Origin: Geosiphon pyriformis uo1
Taxonomy: Eukaryota > Fungi > Glomeromycota
Direction of reading: 5' to 3'
DNA length: 64,000 bases
NCBI GenBank assembly: GCA_016748015.1
Contig: JAAOMT010000708.1
Location: forward strand, 248,001 to 312,000
Shown: positions 13,444 through 25,200 of the stretch, in pieces
Numbering within the stretch: the stretch's first letter is position 1
Layout of the letters: every line of letters starts with the position of its first letter
Notes under the pieces: generated by a model
What the model saw: only the letters and a program-made list of their open reading frames with translations
Told to the model about the DNA's origin: nothing
Database searches by the model: none
Translations under genes and position numbers: made by a program

Positions 13444-13597
13444 ATATTGCTGTGTTTGAAGGGCTTGACAACATAACATTGTGCTATCTTTTATGTAATT
13501 ATGCAAGTATATGGAAGATCAAATTAACAGTCTTCATTATTGATTATCAGTTGGGGGTAAAAGACAAAAAGTGTCACAGATGTATTATCGAAATTAG
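13444..13597 (+). pseudogene. Captured exon of a PP-loop ATPase, TilS/MesJ (tRNA(Ile)-lysidine synthase)-like
   Basis: IAVFEGLDNITLCYLL reverts to IAVSGGPDSMALCYLL by single C>T/G>A reversions only. Downstream FIIDYQL matches DHxL. Flanked by an AG acceptor (13442-13443) and a GT donor (~13598), with a downstream ctacag acceptor. Confidence 0.7.
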
Positions 13598-13820
13598 GTT
13601 TCTTTTTACCAAGAATCTATTACTTGTACTTAAAATCCTACAGTTGAATTAAACCCTTCATTTTTATAATTTGGCTGCTTTTTATAATCTAAGACACCTC
13701 ATATAATATAAAACACCTCACATGTCCAATTAGATTTAAGACAAAATAATGTTTAAGACATAACAGATACATTAATGTGTTATAAAAGCAAAATGCAATA
13801 AAAAGTGTGTTCTTATTAAC

Positions 13821-14306
13821 ATGCCAAAAAATGCAAACCAAAAGTGAACAGCAATCTCCTTGGAGACTAAAAAGACTCTCTGTTAGTACAAATTAGAGCA
13901 TCCTGACTACTCAATAAATAGACTTATTGAAATATTTAATTTAAAGGTTGACTGCTCTACTGTAACAAAGATACTCGCAAAATCAGACTAATGAATTGAA
14001 AAAAATGTATCTGGCAACTCTGGTCAATTGACAAAGAACAGGAAAGAGATGTTTCCAAAAATAAATGATGCACTGAGAGAATAGATGCTTGAAGCACTAG
14101 CTACCAACTGCATTTTTACTAGAAAAATTTTACAAACAAAAGCCCTCAAGTTTGCTGAAAAGTTTCTGGAAAAAAATAACTTTAAAGCATTAGATAGTTG
14201 GTTAGAAAAGTTCAAAAAACATCATAATTTACACCACATTAAGATGCATGGTGAAGCAAACAGTGCCTCCTTAGAAATTTTACTAGAGGAATGAGAGAAA
14301 CTGCAT
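13821..14306 (+). pseudogene. pogo/Tigger transposase, N-terminal part (CENP-B-type HTH domains)
   Basis: MPKNANQK*TAISLETKKTLC...STVTKIL...FPKINDAL...LQTKALKFAE...FKALDSWLEKFKKHHNLHHIKMHGEANSA; joins in frame to 34662 once Gypsy A and one TSD copy are removed. Confidence 0.88.
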
Positions 14307-15113
14307 TGTTATTTATAAAATATAAGAAAAATATTAGTATATAGATTAGCCAATTAGAAGTAGCTGTAATAAATGTGGAATTTCAGAATTTTTCTCAAGA
14401 AGAATTGCAGGATTTCAGGAATTTCAGGATTCTCATACAAGGAATCACAGGATTCCTGGCCTGAAGAATCAAGGAATTGAGGAATCTCAATTATATATAT
14501 ATAGCAGTAGTGTTAAAAGTAAAAAAGACAGACTTTTTAGTTTAGATTTAATCTAAGCAATCTTCCACATTTGCAAATATCAATAAATAATTATTCAATA
14601 TTTCAATATCCACTCTTCACTATCAACACTTTATGTTAATAGTTATTGACACTTAACCACACTGGAACAATAATTCTTGATTATGGCTATTGATGGAATA
14701 CTAACTTGCACATTGCCTTGGCTCATTTTTTTATTTCTTTTATTTTTTTTTTTTTTCTTTAATTTTATTGTTATATACTAATTGATTAGGGATTAAAGCA
14801 CTGAATTATTAACATCACAAATAGCCTGGTAAAAGACCCAGAAATAAGAGTAGAATCATATATATTAATAGATAGCTTACCAAAAGGGCATGACTGCCAG
14901 AATAAACCGGCCACCACACTGAAGACAAAAATTGGAAAACCAACTTACCAACCAACTATATTGTCATTGAACCTCTGTCCATTATACAAAAAACTCAACT
15001 CTAAAACCTTTAGATACAACTACATACCAGTATTACCAGCATCAGCAAGATATTGAGCACCAAGTTATGGATTTGTTATTTGATTTGAGACACCAAATAA
15101 TCATCCTGTAACA
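14307..15113 (+). repeat. 5' LTR of A
   Basis: TGTTAT...TGTAACA, TATA-like run at ~14492, followed by the PBS. Confidence 0.92.
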
Positions 15114-15115
15114 TT

Positions 15116-15132
15116 TGGTGCTCCCTGTAAGG
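15116..15132 (+). other. PBS of A
   Basis: TGGTGCTCCCTGTAAGG, 2 nt after the LTR end. Confidence 0.9.
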
Positions 15133-15175
15133 TATAATCCTACAAAGAACAGCACCAACAACACCCACCCAAACA

Positions 15176-18100
15176 GTGGCAGAATCCAAAAAAACAGGAA
15201 CAAACCATTTAGAATTTGCAAAATCCTTATTCCAACATTACTGTCAACATTTAGGATTAACCAATAATCACTTATTAGCAAAATCAGCTTTCAATTTCTA
15301 TGTCAACAAGAGAATCTCATATTTGCTAGGAGTACCAGTAGAAACTGACTCAGCCAGAAAAAACTTCTACAACAAATTAATCCAGAATACCAACCTACCA
15401 GCAAATTATAATTTTACAGCAATCCTTACTGAAATCAATAGAGAAATTGAAATTCACACTCAACAAAGATATCCAATTACCTATGCAAACAAAGACAAAG
15501 AAAAACTACAAACACCAACAGTAACACCCCAAAGAATACAACCACCCACTAGAAAGAAAACAAGAGTTGAATCATCAACTAATTCATTATATTATTATAC
15601 ACCCAAAAGTGCCATCAATATTACATTAACAGGTGCATCCACATCAAACGTAACATCAATCTTTGGATGATTTTTATTTTAAAGTAAACAAAGGAAAGAA
15701 GATATTCTAGAACCATATGGCATGTATTTTGAAAGATTTAAGTCATAATCACTAACACCATCAGGACTTCAATCTCCATTATCCCAACCAGATTTTGGAA
15801 CCACAAGTCCCTAGAAAGTAATGGAATTAAAAAAAGAACAGAAAGAAGAGGAAGAAAAATCTGAAGATCAAAAATTTATTTATCAGAACCTGATCCCAGA
15901 AAACCCAGACATCGAAACCCCAAACTTTCAGACTCAGCAAGATCCAAATTTAGAAAATCTGGAAATAAAAACTCCAAATATTCAACAGTCACCAAATCAG
16001 AACAATCAAAACCCCGATCTAATCAATTACCTGAACTTATCTCCAGTTATCATTGTTAACCCATCACAACAACTACTGTCACAACCTCAAAACCAGTTAC
16101 TATTTCAATAACAACTCCAAAACTTAGATCCAATGGCTTATGCCCCAATAGCAAAACTTGAGAAATTTACCAGCGAAGAGGATGACACTCAAATATGGCT
16201 CAACAACATAAAAAAAACCATCACGGCTAATGGATAGAATAATGCCAGAGTTATGCAAGCCATCTCATATTTTCTTTAGGATACTGCCAATTTATGGTAC
16301 CAAAATCTGGTCAACAAACTCCAAGATTTCAATGCATTTAAAATTAAGTTCTTAAGATACTTCAGTAATAATAACAGCATTAACAGGCTAGTAAACACCT
16401 TCACTACCATTAAACAAGGAGAAACCAAAGCAGTCACTACTTACTTAGGATGGTTCTACAGAAATTTATGTCAAATCCAAGCAATTCAAGCTGACTATTT
16501 TACAGCGCCACAAATCTTAAATCAATTTATTAGAGGTCTGCACAGTAACATCCTCCAGCACATACGTCCAATGCATTCCATTAATCTGCAAGCTGTCATT
16601 ACAAACACCAGAGATTTTGAAGCCACTGAATTAGAAGCCAACTACACCCAAGCAGTAAAATCTAGTAATGAATGGATCATCTGACTTGGATTCCAAATTG
16701 AAACAGTTCAGCAAATTAATAAATCAGAAATTAAAGAGATACTTAGCTGACAATCGTGCAATCTATCAACCTCCACAATGACACAATAATCAAGAAAATA
16801 CAAATTATTTCCAAAATCAATTGCATCCATTATCATCAACCAATCAACAGTGACAACAGAAAACACATGTTTGCCACTATTGTGATAAACAAAGACATCT
16901 ACAAATTGACTGCCACCATCGCTTAAATAACTAACAATCAGGAAATCAATATCAAAACTCTAATTGCTGGTTTCAAATTCCAAATAACCTACCAAACTCA
17001 GAGCCATATTATCAAAATTACCTACCTATAATACAGCAGCCACTGTATCAACCACCAGTATATCAAGTGCCAATTTATTAACCAACAATACCAGCAATTT
17101 ATCAGCTGCAGTCACAATTCATTTATTAGCTGCAGTCTCAGGAAATTTATCAGCCCCAACAAATTCAAACACTGCCACAGAACTTATCTCAAAACAGAAC
17201 CCAAAGGCCAAAATTAATCCAACAAAGCTAGAGATCATCAATGGTAGTTTACCAACTGATTCTTAGTTCTTCCACACAACCAGTAGAATCTTGACAACAA
17301 AAATTGGGCACTGAGTACACCCAACACCCAAATTCTCAGAACTATTTAAGTCTCCTGGTTACCTCAGAAGACACCCAACCCAATAATCTGGAAACCAACC
17401 AACAATCAACACTTACCAGCAATATTCTCCCAGCTGTCATCATGGAGAACAAATTACTGGATGCCATCTTCCTATTTAAACTCGAAGAACCATCAATTAC
17501 ACTGTTGTTTAGTGGAGCCACTCTGGAAGAAAAATCTATTACTGCCATGTACACTGATGCCAAAGTTAATGGCCACTTCATCAAACTGATCCTAGACAAT
17601 GGATCAGCTGGCAGCATCATCACAAAACAACTCATGGATCAATTAGGTTGTTGAGTTGATCACACTGTCAGCACTAGGATCATAACCACTGATGGAGCAA
17701 CTAGAATGTTCATTGGTGAGATTAATAACTTTTTCATTGAAGTCAATGGCATAATCATATCAATCAAGGTACTAGTCATTGAAGCCACCCAATACCAAGC
17801 ACTGATTGGTAACAATTGGCTGTTCAAAGTTAATGTGATGCTTGATTGGAACACACAAGAGCTTTAACTTAGCCAAAATGGTTGACATACACACGTACCT
17901 GCCACATGTAGACACTTTAAACCCACCATCATGCCACCAGCCCTATTTATTGAATTTGAGAAAGAAAAAAAAAAACCTACCTGAGAAGCCTACCAAGTTT
18001 CCTGGGCTAACACAGAACACAACAAGCTGCCGCCAATACCTTTGTGGGACAACAACAGCAAAAGAAAGCAGAGAGAAAAACTTACTTGGAACGTTGACCA

Positions 18101-21100
18101 AAACTGGGAAACCAACCATAATTCAGAAGAACCGACAACTTGGAAATAAGATAAGAGGGAGAAAGAAAAAGGAAAAGCAAAGGAAATAGAGCCACTACCA
18201 ACTGCTATTTACACTCCTTACACATATACACCATCACAATGAGCAAGCTATTGTCAACCAAAGCTAATATGCATCAATTGTGATAAGAAATTGTCGTTAA
18301 TAGGCACATGCTGTAACAACAATGAGGAATACCAAATGGTGACCAAATTCTACTGCTGTGCATGTGTTATAGAATGCTTTGAATGACCAAAACGGCAAGA
18401 AAAATGGAACAATAAACCTTGTTTAGCTTGTGGAGAAACCTTACTCAACAAAAGAATGTGGAATGACATTCCTGGTTGAGGAGCAATGTGTAACACATCA
18501 TGTCAGTACATGATTCTCATTAGTGACTAGATTAAGAAAGAAACACCAATAAAAACTACCTGGAGAAGAGCTGTACAGTAATTAGACAATTGTCCACATA
18601 ACGATGACAAGATATGGAGAATGGCAATAGTCAAGATAGAAGGAGCATTACCTAAAGAAATCAGAGAAATCAAAAACAACCCACCAGAATCCATAGAACT
18701 TAACTGGGACCCAGAACCAGTCATAAATCTTCTAGATTTAAAACAATTTCATGAACACTACCAGGAATTAGCATCCACTAGAGAAGAACAAGAACAATGC
18801 CTAAAACAGTTGAATATTTGATTATGTCAATATTGTTTAATTCTCTGTGACTTTCAATATTGTAATAAGTATGACCTCATTTACAATTCACCCATCCGCA
18901 TGATCTACACAATCCCAGAGGAGGAGGAACCAATCAGCAGCTGTGCATCGGAATTGGAATCAATTTTCAATCCCGATTCAAACTCTGACAACAATAATGA
19001 CAAAAATAATGGTTCCAGCTCTGCTCAAAATGACAATAAAAATAACAATGATTCAGATTCTGATTCAAACCCCAAAACATTTATCACACTTCCTGACCTC
19101 ACCAAGGAGCAGAAACCAAAATGGTTCAGTAATAACAATAAAAAAATCATGCCAGAATGTGTGCACAATACTGATACAGGGTTTGATCTGAGATATTCAG
19201 GAAAGAATGCCATAATATTAGAACTTCATTTGCACATCTGCATTGATCTCAAAATAGCACTGAAAATTCCAGCAACAATAATGATTTAACTAGCATCTAG
19301 GAGTAGCTTAGCAAAGAAAGAAATCAACATCAAAGAAGAAATAATTGATACAGGATATGTAGGAAATATCATTGCTATGCTACAAAATAACTCTGAAAAG
19401 ACTTATATTATAGAGCAAAATGAAAAGATAGCACAGACAATATTCCTGCTTCTGGTTAAAATAGCTCAATTAGTGTCAATGAGAAACAGGGAAGAATTAG
19501 GGATTACAGCCAGAAAGATATAGGAATTCAGATTCATGAGCAAAATAGATATACTAGTCAATACAGCAGAGAAAGAAATTGTTGACAAAGAAGAAATTAT
19601 CTCAATATGTCAAACAATTTCTATTTCACCATATGACCAGTATATGTTAGTCATAAAAAGAGAAGTAAAAAATCAAGCTCAGTTGTTTAAAGCAGAAGCC
19701 ACTATTTGTGAATTAGGAGAGATTGGACTCACTAATTTCTACATATTAGCCAAAAACATCAAAATTCCCATCTACAATACAACTGGAAAGGTCATCAAAA
19801 TACCAAAAGAAACTATTATTGGAAATTTAACCACGGAAGTTGAGAATCAACAGCCAAACCACATTCCAGATTTTCTACAGCTTTGTGAATATGTGGACAT
19901 CATATCACAAACTATCTATGGATAAAGTAAATGTTATCTGCTCCAACCAGAACAATTGGAACAGATGAACATGAGAAATTTAAACCCACTTCAACAGATG
20001 CAACTAAAGATGTTACTTAGCAATTTCAATGACATTTTTGCTAGTAAAAATGAACTTGGCCACACCAATATCATCCAGCATCAAATCAAAACTGAAGATG
20101 CAATGCCAATTAAACAAAGAGCATATCGAGTACTACCAGCTAGTCATGAAATTATTTGTCAAGAAATCAATCAGATGTTTGACAATGAGCTAATTCAGCC
20201 ATCAATAAGTCCATGGTTGTCATCAGTAGTACTAGTCCAGAAGAAAAATAAAAAGATTTGCTTTTGTGTAGATTATAGAAAACTCAACAGTATCATTCAT
20301 GGAGACAGCTATTTAACTCCACAAATTCAGGAATTATTTGATGCTTTTAGTGGAAATAAATGGTTCTCAATACTGGATCTGAATAGTGATTACTGGCAAG
20401 TAGCCATGAATTCAGCTAACAAAGAAAAGACTGCATTTACAACTAGAAAAGAAAATTTTGAATTTGAAGTTATGCCATTTGAATTAATGAATACACCAGC
20501 CACATTCCAAAAGCTAATAAAAATTGTTTACACAGGACTATTATGGAAATCAGTAGTAATATACTTAGACAACACCAATGTATTCTCAAGAACATTTGAT
20601 GATTATATCCATCATCTACAGCAAGTGTTTGAAAGACTCAAAAGAGCAGGATTGAAGTTAAATGTGAACAAATGCTTCTTCAAAAAGACGAAATTAAAAT
20701 TTTTGGGACATGTTGTGAGCAAAGATAGCATCAAAACAGATCCAGACAAGATTAAAGTCGTCAAGAACTTTCCAGTACCAAATAATCTCACAGAACTAAG
20801 AGTGTTCTTGGGATTTGCAGGGTACTATTGCTGTTTTATCAAGGACTTTTCTAAACTGGCTCAGCCATTACACCAACTCCAAAACAAAAATGTGAAATAT
20901 GAATGGACAGAAAGCCAGCAAAAAGTTTTTAATACACTAAGAAAAAAGCCCATTCAAGCTCCAATGTTAATTTATTTAGATTACAGCAAACCATTTATTA
21001 TTACAACTAACACATCAGATCAAGCTTTGGAAGCAGTACTATCACAGAGAGGATCAGATAGAAGAGAACACCCAGTAGCATATACCAGCTGAAGTCTGAG

Positions 21101-21300
21101 TCCAACAGAAAAGAACTATGGAATACCAGTATTAGAACACTTAGCAATATACTGAGCAGTCATGAAATGGAAGAAATACTTGAGCCAGAAATTTAACATC
21201 TACATAGATCACAAAGGATTGACTTCAATTCAGAAGCAAGAATTTAGAGACAATTGCCATGCTTGATGGAAAATAAAACTTTCATCATTCAATTATACAG
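15176..21300 (+). pseudogene. Gypsy A gag-pol, 5' part: Gag extension, CA, CCHC, protease (ILDNGSAG), Cys-rich domain, dUTPase, RT (YLDN), RNase H
   Basis: ORFs 15176, 15821, 17304, 18621, 18900, 19536 and 19956 lie in one frame apart from a 1-nt slip at ~16658; RT motifs CVDYRKLN, LDLNSDYWQV, MPFELMNTPATFQ. Confidence 0.92.
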
Positions 21301-22217
21301 TGTTACTCATAGAATATAGGAAATATAGTATTATTAGTCAGTAGATATTAGCCAATCAGATGTAGATATAATAAATATGGAATTCCAAGATTTCTCTTAG
21401 AGGAATTACAGAATTTCAGAAATTTCAGGATTCTTCAACAAGGAATCACAGAATTTCAGAATTCCAGGATTCCTCTCATCAGGAATCGCAGGATTCTAGA
21501 AATTCCAGGATTCTTGTCACAAGGAATTAAGGAATCTCAAATATGTATATATAGCAGTAGTGTTAGAAGCAGAAAAGACAGAATTAACACTAGGAATTCT
21601 TAGCTTAGTTACCACAATCCTCAAATAAATAATTATTCACTATATCAAATTCATTCTTTACTATTAACACTTCATGTTGATAATAACTGATACTTAACCA
21701 TACTGGAACAATAGCTCTTGATCATGGCTATTGATAAGATACTAACTTGTAAATTACCTTGGCTTATTTCTTATTTTTTCTTTTATCTTTCTTTATTTCT
21801 TGGTTGTCTACTAACTTGATTAAAAGATTTACTCTTGGAGGACTTATGGAGGAATAAAACTTACTTAAAAATACTTACTCTTGGAGGACTTATGGAGAAA
21901 TAAACTTGCTTAAACAATACTTATTCTTGAAGGACTTACAGAGGAACTGACATCAGAAAACAGCACTGGTATACACTTATGGAAGATATCGTACTATGAG
22001 GATCATCAACCATCCAGCTGAGCCAGCAATTGACGAAACTATGGTTTCAGGAAACTACTGATAAACTGTTACCATTGAATCTCTGTCCATTATACAAAGA
22101 ACTCAATTGGAAAATCTTTAGATAAAATACCTTCAGATTATCATCATCACCAATTGCTTTGCGCACCAAGTTACAGGTTTGTTATTTACTCAACACCCCA
22201 AAGATTCACCTGTAACA
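21301..22217 (+). repeat. 5' LTR of B (contains ggaattcc-type U3 repeats and a 46-bp tandem repeat at 21829-21945)
   Basis: Direct repeat of 30673-31597; ttactcttgg-like unit at 21829, 21875, 21921. Confidence 0.93.
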
Positions 22218-22279
22218 TTTGGTGCTCCCTGTAAGGTATAATCCTACAGAGAACTAGCACCAACAAGAACAAACCAAAA

Positions 22280-25200
22280 GTGGCAGAATCAGAAAATATA
22301 GGAGCAAACCATTTAGGATTCACGAAATCTTTGTTTCAACAATACAGCCAACAATTAGGATTAAACAGTAATCATTATCCAGCTAAATTAGCTTTCAACT
22401 TCTATGTCAACAACAAAATTACTGAATGCTTAGGAGGAACAGTTAATATTAAAGCAGCAAGAGAAAACTTTTACACAGAATTATTCCAACATACCAACTT
22501 ACCAAGGAACTATAGTTTTACACCAATAATCAGAGAAATCAACCAAATTATTGAAAGGTACACTCAACAACAATTTCCTATCACCTATGCAAATAAAGAC
22601 AAAGAAAGGTTACAAACACCAGCAGTAATGCCTAAAAAGATATAACTACCAACCTGGAAGAAACAAAAAATTGAATTTCCACTATATCCATCATATCATC
22701 GCATACCTGGAAGCACTATCAATATTTCATCTGCAGGTGCGTTCACACCAAACACAACATTAACATTTGAATGATTCTCATTCCAAAGTAAACAAAAAAA
22801 GCGGAGTTATTAGGACCATATGATGAATATTTCGAGGGATTTAAATCCCAATCACCAATGCCATCAGAAATTTGATTACCACCACCTCCACCAGATTTTG
22901 GAATCTCTGATTCGTGGAAGGTAATGGAATCAGAAGAAAAAAAAGAAAAAGAAACTGAGGATCAAAAATTCACTTACCAGAACCCAATCACTGAAAACCC
23001 GGAATTTGAAACTCCAAATCTTCAGAACCAGCAAAATTTAAATTCAGTAAATTCAGAAGTTGAAACTCCAAATATTCAAACACTGTCAACTTAGAATAAT
23101 TGAAACTCTGATCTAATTAATCAATCAAACTTACCTTCAGTAATCATTATCAATCAACCACCAATTGATCCAATAGCCAAACCCATACAGCAGCCACTTC
23201 AACTACCACCTCAACAAAATCAACAACTGCTTCAACAGTCACCACAACCATCCAACTTAGATCCAATGACCTACCCACCAATTGCAAAACTGGATAATTT
23301 TACCAGTGAAAAGAACGACACTCAAGTATGACTGAATGATGTGGAAAAAGCCATTGCAGCCAACAGATGGAATGATGTTCGAACAATGCAAGCCATTCCC
23401 TATTTTCTCAAAGATACTGCCAATTCATGGTATTAGAGCTTGATCAATAAACCACAAGACTTCAATGCCTTCAAAGTGGAAGTTTTAAGATACTTCAGCA
23501 ACAATAACAGTATCAACTGTCTAGTTAATACATTCACCACCATGAAGCAAAGAGAAACTGAAACAGTCACCACTTACCTGGGACGCTTCCATAGAAATCT
23601 GTGCCAGATCCAGGCAATTGACGCCAACTATTTCACAGTGCCACAGATCCTCAACCAGTTTATCTGTGGCCTGTGCAACAGTATCTTGCAACATGTATGC
23701 TCGTTGTATCCAAGCATCCTTCAAGATACAGTCACACATGCCAGAGATTTTGAATCAGCTGAGTCCGAGGCCAATCATGCCCAAGCTGTTAATCTAGTAA
23801 TAAAAAGATCATCTGAATTAGACTCCAAATTGAAACAATTCAGTAATTCAATTAATCAGAAATTAGAAGGATACTTAGCTGACAATTGCACAATTTATCA
23901 ACCACCTTAATGACGCAGCAATTCAGGAAACTATAATCATTCCCAAAATCAAGTGTGTCCCTCAACATCGGCCAATCAACAATGGCAATCAGAGACACGT
24001 GTTTGCCACAATTGTGGTAAACAAGGGCATATTGGAGCAAACTGCAACGCTTATAACCACCAGTAATCGGGAAATCAATATAGAAACTCTGATTGCCAAT
24101 TTCAAACTCCGAGATATTAACAAAATCAGGAACAATATCAAAACACTTACCTACCAATAACACAGCAGCCAATTTACCAAGCACCAGTATATCAGATGCC
24201 AGTTTATCAATCACAGCTACCAGCAATATATCAACCACAGCCATCTGTAATATATCAGCCACAACCACAAGTAATCTATCAACCCCAATCAATTCAGACA
24301 TCGCCCCAAAATTCAGTTAATATGACATCAAGCTACTCCAGACCTAGAAGCACACAAAACTAGAGATCGGCGATAGTTGTCCACCAACCAATCTCTAGTT
24401 CTTCCAATTCATCATCAGAATCACATTCTTGGAATTCAGGTACTAGTGCCACCCAAAATCTGAATTCCCAGAACTATTTAAGTCTTCTGGTTACCCCAAA
24501 AGACACCACCACCAACAATTCAGAATCCAACCAACAACAAGCACTTATCAACAACATTCTACCAACAACTGTCACCAATGACAAATTGCTCGTAGTCATC
24601 TTTCCCTTTAACTTGGAAGAAATGATTAAAATTCCATTATTTAGTAGAGCAGCTCTGAAAGAGAAGCCAATCACTGCCATGTATACAGATGCCAAAATTA
24701 ATGGCCATGTTATCAAACTGATCTTAGATAGTGGATCAGCTGGCAGTATTATAATAAGGCAACTCATGGATTAATTAGGTTGCCGAGTTGACCAAGCTGC
24801 CAGTGCAAGGATCATTACAGCTGATGAAATGATCAAAACTTCAATAGACAAAATAAACAATCTACCTATTGAAATTAATGACATCATAATACTCATCAAA
24901 ATCCTTGTAATAGAAGCCACTCAAGCTCTTGTTGGAAATAATTGGCTATCCAAAACAAACACTGTACTTGATTGGATGATGCAAGAGCTCCAACTGAACC
25001 AAAACAGTCAACATACTCAAGCACCAGCAGTATGCGGCTACTTTAAACCAACCAACTTGCAACCACTGATTGAACTTGAGAAAGAAACAAAGAAACCAAC
25101 ATAAGAAGCATATTAGGTTTTGTGGGCCAATGTCGACCACAATGAACTGCTGCCCATATTTGCCTGGAATGAAAATAACCATGGAAAAGGAAAACAGAAA

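Noticed and set aside
13444-15132. Functional link between the TilS-like (tRNA-Ile) cargo and the possibly tRNA-Ile PBS
   Set aside because: They belong to different elements inserted at different times; the cargo is a dead fragment and the primer identity is unconfirmed.
21370-21535. Heat-shock elements in U3
   Set aside because: Units are mostly GAATTC or TTCnnnGAA; spacing does not fit nGAAnnTTCn arrays.
2990-21945. Tandem arrays as possible CRISPR
   Set aside because: Head-to-tail degenerate repeats without unique spacers, inside eukaryotic LTR elements; no cas genes.
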